Origin: Candidatus Binatota bacterium
GTDB taxonomy: Bacteria > Desulfobacterota > Binatia > UBA1149 > CAITLU01
Assembly (NCBI GenBank): GCA_024276575.1
Contig: JAJRWY010000312.1
Span: forward strand, 1,161 to 65,160
Direction: 5' to 3'
DNA length: 64,000 bases
A program made the translations under genes and the position numbers. Positions 18,878-26,357 of the stretch are shown here, one piece after another (positions within the stretch are counted from its first letter, which is position 1; each line of letters begins with the position of its first letter). The notes under the pieces are model-generated. The model did no database searches and had not been told where the DNA came from. It worked only from the letters and a program-made list of their open reading frames with translations.

Positions 18878-20302
18878 TTGGCGCTAGTCTGCGTGGGGCA
18901 TCCGGCTCTTGTTCATGCTTCGATTAGCCAAGAGAAGAAGATGGGGGAAGAGTTTCTCGCGCAGGCGCGCCTGCAGATCCCCCTGGTTCATGACTACGAG
19001 GTTTTGAGCTTCGTCCGAGAACTCGGAACCCGCTTGGTCGCCACGTTAAAGGATCAGCCTTTCGACTACGAGTTCTTCGTGGTTCGCTCGGACGATATAA
19101 ATGCCTTTGCGGTGCCGGGAGGAAAGATATTTTTTAATGCGGGGCTTATTGCGAGAGTCGAGAGCGAAGACGAGTTGGCTGGTGTCATGGGCCATGAAAT
19201 CGCCCACTCTCATGCTCACCACATAGTTCGGCAAGAGCAAAAGAGTGCCCCAACCAACTATGCAGCTCTGCTCGGCATGCTGCTCACCGTCATTCACCCG
19301 GCACTTGGTGTCGCCGCCCTGTCGGCGGCCAACGCACAAACGCTGAAATATCAGCGTGATTTCGAACGCGAAGCGGATTTCCTGGGAGTCGGCTATGCGC
19401 GCGCAGCCGGTTTCGAAGAGGAGGCTATAATGCACTTGCTTCGCAAGTTGTTTGCGGAGCAGCAACTCAATCCCACGCTTGTTCCTCCCTATTTGAGTTC
19501 GCACCCCTTGACCGGCGAGCGTTTGAGCAACTTGGAGGCGGTGCTGGGGAATAACGAGTGGACGGGTAAGAAACTCGAGCGAAGTTACCGGCTGAAGCGT
19601 GTGCAGGCCATCGTGCGTGGGTTGTCTCAGCGTCGTGAGCAGGTAGTGCCTGAGTTTGAAAGAATGCTCGAGAGCGCCTCTGCGACCGAACGCCCCCTAG
19701 CGCTGGAACTCATGGGAATAATGATGACCCATGGCGAGGACTATGCGCTTGCACGGCCCTACCTCGAACAGGCGCGAGACGCCGGACGTAACGTGGATAG
19801 AGAACTCGGGAGAGTCTATGCACGGCTGGGAATGTCGGAGAAGGCGCTCGAGTATCTGCAGAGGGCTGCCGAGGCGCACCCGGACGATTGGAACGTTTTG
19901 GCGGACCTTGGACGCACGGAGTACCAACTCAAAGACTACGAGGGTGCGAAAGAACACCTGGAGAAGTCGGTACGTTTGTATCCCTACCTGCCGGAGGTGT
20001 TGCGTACTCTGGGAAGAGGGCTTGGAGCCTCGGATCAGGAAGGCGAGGGCTTCTACCGGTTCGGCCAGGCCTCGGAGTTGGAAGGGCATCTGGCGCAGGC
20101 GCACTATTACTACACGAAGGCGCTGGAAACATTGCCCGAAGATCATCCGTTGCGCAAGGAACTCTCCACGCACATGACGGAAGTAGAGGAAGAGGTGGGG
20201 GAAACGGAACCGGTCCCGCATCCGCGCCGCAGGGGAGACCCACCGCGTGACCCCCGCCGCGGGAGGTTCCGGCCTCAGGAAATAGGGCCGGGTATTCAAT
20301 GA
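18878..20302 (+). CDS. M48 family metalloprotease with TPR domain (BepA-like)
   Basis: HEIAHSHAHH (HExxH), a downstream ER..E region, and C-terminal TPR repeats. The signal-peptide-like N-terminus seems to begin upstream of the TTG at 18878 (see findings). Confidence 0.8.
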   Translation: MALVCVGHPALVHASISQEKKMGEEFLAQARLQIPLVHDYEVLSFVRELGTRLVATLKDQPFDYEFFVVRSDDINAFAVPGGKIFFNAGLIARVESEDELAGVMGHEIAHSHAHHIVRQEQKSAPTNYAALLGMLLTVIHPALGVAALSAANAQTLKYQRDFEREADFLGVGYARAAGFEEEAIMHLLRKLFAEQQLNPTLVPPYLSSHPLTGERLSNLEAVLGNNEWTGKKLERSYRLKRVQAIVRGLSQRREQVVPEFERMLESASATERPLALELMGIMMTHGEDYALARPYLEQARDAGRNVDRELGRVYARLGMSEKALEYLQRAAEAHPDDWNVLADLGRTEYQLKDYEGAKEHLEKSVRLYPYLPEVLRTLGRGLGASDQEGEGFYRFGQASELEGHLAQAHYYYTKALETLPEDHPLRKELSTHMTEVEEEVGETEPVPHPRRRGDPPRDPRRGRFRPQEIGPGIQ

Positions 20303-21333
20303 CCTCTTTGTTAAGTGAGCGGGTGGCGCGCATGAAGGGCTACGTTCCGGGAGAGCAGCCCCGCGCAGGCACGCTACTGAAGCTCAACACCAACGAAAAT
20401 CCGTATCCTCCTTCGCCGCGGGTTCTGCGGGCGGTGGGGGAGGCCGCCTCTCGAGACCTACGCTTATACCCCTCGGCGCGCGCCGACGAACTGCGCGAGG
20501 CGGCGGCTCAATGTTACGGATGTAGGCCGGAGCAGGTATTGGCAGCCAATGGATCGGACGAAATTCTGGCGCTGTGCCTGAGAGCCTGTGTCAGTGAAGG
20601 TGACGTGGTGGCCTTCCCGCGGCCCACGTACTCGCTTTACCCGACTTTGGCTGAGGCAGCCGGTGCCAGCATCGTCGAGGTTCCCGCTTTGCCCGGCGAG
20701 ATCCCGGCCGGCCTGCTCGAGGCCGGCGCCGCGGTTACTTTTCTGTGCAGTCCCAACTCTCCGAGCGGTGCGAGCCTGCAACTACAGGAAATATCGCGCT
20801 TCGCCCAGGCGGCGGGTGGCCTCGTGGTGGTCGATGAAGCCTACGTCGATTTTGCTTCGCACAGCGCCTTGGAGATTCTCGACCGGCATTCGAACCTGCT
20901 GGTAAGCAGGTCTTTTTCCAAGTCTTTCTCGATGGCCGGAGTAAGGCTAGGGCTTGGCTTCGCCGCTCCGGATCTGATCGAGGGGCTGAACCGGGTAAAG
21001 GATTCCTACAATGTTTCGCGTTTGGCGGCAGCGGCCGGTGTGGCTGCCCTGGCCGACTATCGCTGGATGCGTGACAGCGCTGCCAAGGTTTGTGCCACCC
21101 GGGATCGTACGATCTCCCGGCTTCGCCAGGCCGGTTGGCAGGCGGCCGACTCCGATGCAAATTTTTTCTGGCTGGACTGCGGCGGGGAAGGGGGGCTGAG
21201 CGTTTACCGGCGCCTGCGTGACGGCGGGGTTTTGGTTCGCTACTTCAACACAGAAGAACTTCGCGGGGGTGTACGTGTTAGCGTCGGTACGGATGAGCAG
21301 ATGGAGCGTTTCTTGGCAGTACTCGGAGTGTGA
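20299..21333 (+). CDS. hisC: Histidinol-phosphate aminotransferase
   Basis: Class-II aminotransferase pattern: LNTNENPYPPSP, NPNSPSG-like CSPNSPSG, and PLP lysine in SRSFSKSFSMAGVRLG. Confidence 0.85.
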   Translation: MTSLLSERVARMKGYVPGEQPRAGTLLKLNTNENPYPPSPRVLRAVGEAASRDLRLYPSARADELREAAAQCYGCRPEQVLAANGSDEILALCLRACVSEGDVVAFPRPTYSLYPTLAEAAGASIVEVPALPGEIPAGLLEAGAAVTFLCSPNSPSGASLQLQEISRFAQAAGGLVVVDEAYVDFASHSALEILDRHSNLLVSRSFSKSFSMAGVRLGLGFAAPDLIEGLNRVKDSYNVSRLAAAAGVAALADYRWMRDSAAKVCATRDRTISRLRQAGWQAADSDANFFWLDCGGEGGLSVYRRLRDGGVLVRYFNTEELRGGVRVSVGTDEQMERFLAVLGV

Positions 21334-21479
21334 GCGGCGCGTGCTCTAGCTTGGACCGCTCACAAGACGGCGCGCTGCGGAGTCTGATAAAGGCTGATGC
21401 TATCTCGAACCGTACGCCGCTCGCCGGGTAGAGGCTCACCTTTGGAGTTTCCGTTGCGAGCTTTCACGAACGGTTCAAG

Positions 21480-22952
21480 TCAATCGCTCTGTGTCTTTGC
21501 GGATGCAGCGCCGGAGCTGGGGTCCGTTTTCGCGGCAGTGGCCTGAGGAGCTGCTTCGAGGAAGTCGTCCGGCTTGAAATCCAAGCGAGAGAATAAATGA
21601 CCGCCTCCTGACATGATGGTGGGGCTGCCCGCACGCTTGAAGTAATACACGGGTTGTTCGGCGCCGGGGTCCGGGGAGCCTGCCGATGCGGCGGCGCATA
21701 CATTGCCTTCGCTGTCGGCGACGCTCACCTCGACCAGGGGCCGGTATAGGCCGAAACGTTTCAGGGCCTCCGCTTCGTTGCCCTCGTCGCTCACGATATG
21801 CTCGGCCTGCAAGCGGGCAAGACCGCTACGCACTCGCAGCGGTGCCGCCTGTTTTAGCTTGCGCTGCTGCGGCGGGTCTATGGACCAGTTCCCATCACTG
21901 TCTTCTCGAAGGACGAAGGCGGTAGATGAACTTGGCCGGAAGCGCAACTCTTTTACGGTGTCGAAGTCGCAGCGAAAAACGGATTTGTCTCTCATCTCAT
22001 TGGGGTCTTTGGTGAAGATCCGTACGGAGCTGTTGGCAACCTTTGCGATCTGCCCGTCGCCGAGCCGTCTTAGGTAGTGGCCGCTCGGTTGTTCCTCGGC
22101 GACGTCGCTCATCGCGAAACCACGGCGCTCCCCACCTTTTAACTCCACCGTTACTTCGAGAACGGGTTTATCGAGACCGAGTTCGGCAAGATCAGGTTCG
22201 TAGCCATCGGTGCCGGGATCCACGAAGGCCATAGCGCGCAAGGCGTTGATCGAGGAGACTAGAGATCTAAGTCCCGACGAATCCGCCAGATCTCTGATGG
22301 GCGCCACCATGTTCCAAGTATCCCCATTGCGCTGGAAACGCACCTCGCGATCCTTTCCCCGTAGGTTGAGACTCAGGGCTTTGTCGAAGTCGATATCGAA
22401 AAGACTCTTGTCTCGTAAGTCGAAGAGCGTTTTCTTGACTCCGGAGTGAAACAATAGCGGCGTAACCACCACCTCGTCGCTGTCTTCGAGCCTAGCGAAA
22501 GCCGAGAAGCCTACGGGGGTGGTGCGCCCGACTATAATGGCCGGCAGTTCCTGGCCGTCTTTCAAACCGAACTGTATGCGGGCCTGTGTCCCGTCGCCCT
22601 CGAGCCCGTAGCTCGAAAGCTCCAAAGTCTCGCCAGCGTCCAGGCGTCGCTGAAGTTCGAGGTCAGCGGCAGCTTTGACCAAGTTGTTTACGGTTCGCTG
22701 TTCAGCGGGGTATTCCAGCGGAGCTTCGATCTGCCATTTTCCAGCCTTTCGCCTTATCAAAATCGGCTCAGCGTCCGGATACGAAAGACGTATAGTATCG
22801 ACGTCCTCAGCCGCGAAATTCAGCAATTTGTCCGGCGCCGCTTCTGCCTCCATCTTCGGCCGTTCGACGAAATAAATATATGCGCCGAAGATCAAAGACA
22901 GGGCGGTGGCCAGAATCGCCTTCCACGGTTTCACAACGAGGAGCGCCTCCAC
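21480..22952 (-). CDS. DUF4340-like protein, accessory to GldG-type ABC system
   Basis: Single N-terminal TM followed by a long soluble region. Position and size match the DUF4340 gene that usually follows gldG-like genes. This is a family call from memory, not a motif proof. Confidence 0.55.
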   Translation of the reverse strand: MEALLVVKPWKAILATALSLIFGAYIYFVERPKMEAEAAPDKLLNFAAEDVDTIRLSYPDAEPILIRRKAGKWQIEAPLEYPAEQRTVNNLVKAAADLELQRRLDAGETLELSSYGLEGDGTQARIQFGLKDGQELPAIIVGRTTPVGFSAFARLEDSDEVVVTPLLFHSGVKKTLFDLRDKSLFDIDFDKALSLNLRGKDREVRFQRNGDTWNMVAPIRDLADSSGLRSLVSSINALRAMAFVDPGTDGYEPDLAELGLDKPVLEVTVELKGGERRGFAMSDVAEEQPSGHYLRRLGDGQIAKVANSSVRIFTKDPNEMRDKSVFRCDFDTVKELRFRPSSSTAFVLREDSDGNWSIDPPQQRKLKQAAPLRVRSGLARLQAEHIVSDEGNEAEALKRFGLYRPLVEVSVADSEGNVCAAASAGSPDPGAEQPVYYFKRAGSPTIMSGGGHLFSRLDFKPDDFLEAAPQATAAKTDPSSGAASAKTQSD

Positions 22953-24505
22953 CAGACCGCAATGCCGGCCAACAGTATCAGTTCAGGTAAGACCAGCACC
23001 GACAAGTAAAAGACAGTGCGTGCTTGATCAGGTTCGAGATAGGCTCGCGACGCCCGGATTGCGCGCGGACCTATTGATATCAGTTGATCCTCACCCGCAA
23101 GCCAAGCCACTACGCTCAAGGCGAGGTCTCCGTTGAAAAGCTGCCTGATATAACGGTTGCTGACGAAACTCGCATCGCCGAAAACCGCGAAACGCATCTC
23201 ACTGTCTTGCTCTTGGCCGAAAGTTCCCGGGGGGGCGCTACCCGCCGCCGCTAACGGTACGGGGCCTTTCTTGTCGTTCTCGTCAAGTTCCGCTTCACCG
23301 GCCTCGAAGACGCGCGCGACATCGGTCTCGGCCCAACTCGATTCGGCGGTGAAAGCCAGCGGTTTCAACGTGATGCCAGGTCTCGGATCGGAAGCCATCG
23401 ATATCGACCGTGCTACCGAGAATAGTGTGCGGTTCTTGATCGGCGACACCGCCGGATGGTCCGTGTAGTGGCTGACCACCGGATCGGTGCCGAGCGTCAT
23501 ACCTTCGAACAGACGCATTTGGCGGTCGAGAATGAGATCGTCGCCAGGGAAAATCCCAAAGGCTCCAAGAACTCCGTTGAGTTCGGCACTCTTTTGCGGT
23601 TCCAGCAGGAACAACACATGCCCGCCTTCTTCCATGTAGCTGCCGATCATCTTCAACTCAGCGGGAAAGTACTCACGGTCGGCCGCACTGACTATCAGCA
23701 AGTCTGCATCGTCCGGGATCGCGCCCGCCTCGGCGGGAAATACAGAGGCTACCTCATAGTTCTGTCCGCGCAGATCAGTCGCAAACAGTCCAAGGCCCGC
23801 AGGGCTTTCGCTGTCGTCGATAGCGCCTTCTCCGTGGCCTTCAACGAAATAGATCTTCTTTTGTGTGTCCGCGGTTACGCGGTTGATACCGTTGGTTATC
23901 GATTCCTCGTCGATCTTCCTTACTACCGTAGACCGCTCGCCCTTCTTGATCTTTAGCGTTGGAACTTGAGTGACCATCTCTCGTTGGGCTAGTTCGGGGT
24001 TTACCTGAGGGTCGATGATCCGGAATTTTAGACGGTCGCTGTGGTAGTCATAGATGTCGATTACTTCACGCAAGAACTGCTCGTCGCGTGGGTCTACGAA
24101 GGCCAGGATTTCCACGTCGCCATCCAGTCGCGACAGCACCTCCCGGGATTGCTGCGAAAGGCTGTTGACTGCCGAGGCCGTCATGTCGAAGCGCTTGTGG
24201 TAGCGTACTCCCATGAAATTGGCCATTGCTATTATCGCGACAAAAGCCAGTGAGTATATCGCTGCGTTCACTCCGTAGCGCGTTGAGCGTGCTTTGGCGA
24301 AAGCAGTGATCGATCCGCTGCCAGCCCAAAAGTACCAAATCAATGCCGCGACGCCGGCGATCAGATGGGCGCCGGCGTACCAGCCGATACTTAAATATCC
24401 GGCGCGTGGATCGTAGGTCATCCAATGTTCGAGCAGTGCGAAGACGATGAAGACCAGCCCGACGATGCCCAGTATTGGAGTGCGCCTGCCCATGCTTACT
24501 TCCAC
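22931..24505 (-). CDS. GldG-family ABC-system auxiliary protein
   Basis: N- and C-terminal TM anchors flank a large periplasmic region, immediately downstream of an ABC-2 permease. The pattern is typical of the Gldg/ABC_transp_aux family. Confidence 0.68.
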   Translation of the reverse strand: MEVSMGRRTPILGIVGLVFIVFALLEHWMTYDPRAGYLSIGWYAGAHLIAGVAALIWYFWAGSGSITAFAKARSTRYGVNAAIYSLAFVAIIAMANFMGVRYHKRFDMTASAVNSLSQQSREVLSRLDGDVEILAFVDPRDEQFLREVIDIYDYHSDRLKFRIIDPQVNPELAQREMVTQVPTLKIKKGERSTVVRKIDEESITNGINRVTADTQKKIYFVEGHGEGAIDDSESPAGLGLFATDLRGQNYEVASVFPAEAGAIPDDADLLIVSAADREYFPAELKMIGSYMEEGGHVLFLLEPQKSAELNGVLGAFGIFPGDDLILDRQMRLFEGMTLGTDPVVSHYTDHPAVSPIKNRTLFSVARSISMASDPRPGITLKPLAFTAESSWAETDVARVFEAGEAELDENDKKGPVPLAAAGSAPPGTFGQEQDSEMRFAVFGDASFVSNRYIRQLFNGDLALSVVAWLAGEDQLISIGPRAIRASRAYLEPDQARTVFYLSVLVLPELILLAGIAVWWRRSSL

Positions 24506-25320
24506 CGTGCGGCTTCAACCGCCCTATGAGTCAGAAAAAGGAACAACGATGTGAGGCTCGCGAAGTACAGCAGGTCTGCTGTGTCGATCACTCCTTTGAC
24601 CATGTTGCGGAAATGTTCGGTTACCGACAGGTAGTTGAGAACGGCCTTCATCGTTTCTCCCGCACCTTCAGCCGGCCAGTTGATGACGAACAGCAGCAGT
24701 AGAATTACCAGCGAGGTGATGGTCGCGATTATCTGGTTAGAAGTCAGCGCCGAGGTAAAGTTGCCAACCGCGACGAAAGACAACGCCATCAAGTAAAGCC
24801 CCAGGTATCCGCTGAAGATGAGCCCCATCTCCGGGTTCCCGTAAACACTGACTACTGCGGGGAAGACCAGGGTGATAGCCAACATCAACGTCACCAGTGC
24901 GGCGCCGGCCAAGAACTTTCCGCCCACGATCTCGGCTACGGAAAGCGGGGAGGTAAACAGCAATTCGTAAGTGCCGGAACTGCGCTCTTCGGCGAAACTG
25001 CGCATGGTTATCATCGGACTTACGATCAGCAACACCGTCGACATGTTCTGCAACAGAGGCCCAATTACGGCATCGTTCAAATTCAACCAGGTGGTGTCCA
25101 TGCCTTGTAGCATAGAGTATTGGGCCACCAGCCGGTTGAATTGCCCGAGTAGGTTGAAGAAGAACCACCCCGACAGCAGCAGGAAGCCGGTAAGCACCAC
25201 GTAAGCGATCGGTGAAACGAAAACCGAACGGAGATCCCGCCAAGCTATGGTCAGCAGGTTACGCATCTGCGCTACCTCGCTCATCTCTAGCCCTGTCCAC
25301 GGCCTTCCCTTCTCCGGCAT
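24496..25320 (-). CDS. ABC-2 type transporter permease (GldF-like)
   Basis: Six-TM ABC-2 profile. The true start is probably ATG 25266 (MRNLLTIAWRDL, GAGG 8 nt upstream) or 25284, which gives only a short overlap with the ATPase stop. Confidence 0.75.
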   Translation of the reverse strand: MPEKGRPWTGLEMSEVAQMRNLLTIAWRDLRSVFVSPIAYVVLTGFLLLSGWFFFNLLGQFNRLVAQYSMLQGMDTTWLNLNDAVIGPLLQNMSTVLLIVSPMITMRSFAEERSSGTYELLFTSPLSVAEIVGGKFLAGAALVTLMLAITLVFPAVVSVYGNPEMGLIFSGYLGLYLMALSFVAVGNFTSALTSNQIIATITSLVILLLLFVINWPAEGAGETMKAVLNYLSVTEHFRNMVKGVIDTADLLYFASLTSLFLFLTHRAVEAARWK

Positions 25321-26086
25321 TCCCCGCCGCGGTAGCGGAAGTCCTCCCGGATCCTCCAGTGACGCCTCTGCTTTGCGCGCTGTCGCGGCCGACGTGGCGC
25401 AGGTATTCCTGCTCGAGGCTGCCGTGGCTGGTCAAATCGGCGATGTCGGTCTCCAGCGCGACGCGGCCTTCGTTGATTATGACCACTCGCTGACAGATCT
25501 GAGCGACCTCGGGAAGTATGTGCGTTGACAGGATGACTGTACGCTCGGCGGTCAAGCCTTTGATCAACTCGCGTATTTCTATGATTTGAGCAGGATCCAG
25601 CCCGATGGTCGGTTCATCGAGAATCAGTACCGCAGGCTCATGGATCAGCGCTTGCGCGAGGCCTACACGTTGCCGGTAGCCCTTGGAGAGATGCCCGCAC
25701 AACCGGCCGGCTACTGCTTCGAGTCCACATTCCGAAACTACCCGCTCCGTGGCTTGGCGAATCTGCTTGCGGGCGACGCCTTTGAGCTTGGCGACATGTT
25801 GCAAGTAACGGTCCACCTTCATTTCCAGGTATAGGGGCGGAGTTTCCGGTAGATAGCCGATGCGGCGGCGTACCTCGAAGGAATCGTCGAAGACGTCGAA
25901 GCCGTCGACGGTTACCGTACCTTCCGTAGCCGGCATGAAGCCGGTGATGATGCGCATGGTGGTGGTGTTTCCGGCCCCGTTGGGCCCGAGAAAGCCGGTT
26001 GCCTGCCCGGTTTTCGCCTGGAAACTGACGCCGGATACAGCGGTGACCGATCCGTAACTCTTACTCAGGTTCTTTACGTCTATCAT
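25259..26086 (-). CDS. ABC transporter ATP-binding protein (GldA-like), Walker A lysine replaced by Asn
   Basis: MIDVKNLSKSYG start at ATG 26086, signature LSKGYRQRVGLA, Walker B VLILDEPTIGLD, and H-loop STHIL. Walker A reads GPNGAGNTT. The ORF-track N-terminal extension to 26368 was rejected. Confidence 0.88.
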   Translation of the reverse strand: MIDVKNLSKSYGSVTAVSGVSFQAKTGQATGFLGPNGAGNTTTMRIITGFMPATEGTVTVDGFDVFDDSFEVRRRIGYLPETPPLYLEMKVDRYLQHVAKLKGVARKQIRQATERVVSECGLEAVAGRLCGHLSKGYRQRVGLAQALIHEPAVLILDEPTIGLDPAQIIEIRELIKGLTAERTVILSTHILPEVAQICQRVVIINEGRVALETDIADLTSHGSLEQEYLRHVGRDSAQSRGVTGGSGRTSATAAGNAGEGKAVDRARDERGSADA

Positions 26087-26357
26087 TTCTTGCGCGAAGG
26101 TGGCGTCGCGTCTTGATGCAACCGTCTTAGCACAAGCAAGGTGGCTGTCAAGAAAACGCGGCGACGGCGAATATAGCGACGGCGAACGCAGGGCAGGCGA
26201 ACGAAGGGGAAGTAAACTCAGCGGCGGTAAGTGGAGTCGCAGAAAGCGCAACGCCGGCACCGAACCCGGCCTCGGCACAATCGAATCCGCTTTTGATCCT
26301 CGCGGGTGCCACGCAGCCCCGGTTGCAATTGGCAATATACTGCCCGAGTGTGGCAAG

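Noticed and set aside
21329-21364. 9-bp stem (TGTGAGCGG / CCGCTCACA) with an 18-nt loop after hisC
   Set aside because: It is possibly a terminator, but the loop is large and there is no U-tract on either strand. Not confident enough to annotate.
21465-21480. GGTTCAAGTC, reminiscent of a tRNA T-loop
   Set aside because: The flanking bases do not form a T-stem, and no acceptor or anticodon arms can be drawn. It lies at the 3' end of the DUF4340-like gene.
26100-26357. 86-codon N-terminal extension of polA in the ORF track
   Set aside because: The extension is Arg/Gly-rich, lies in the divergent promoter region, and precedes the conserved 5'-nuclease N-terminus (VYLIDVS). The in-frame GTG 26358 gives a normal PolA N-terminus.
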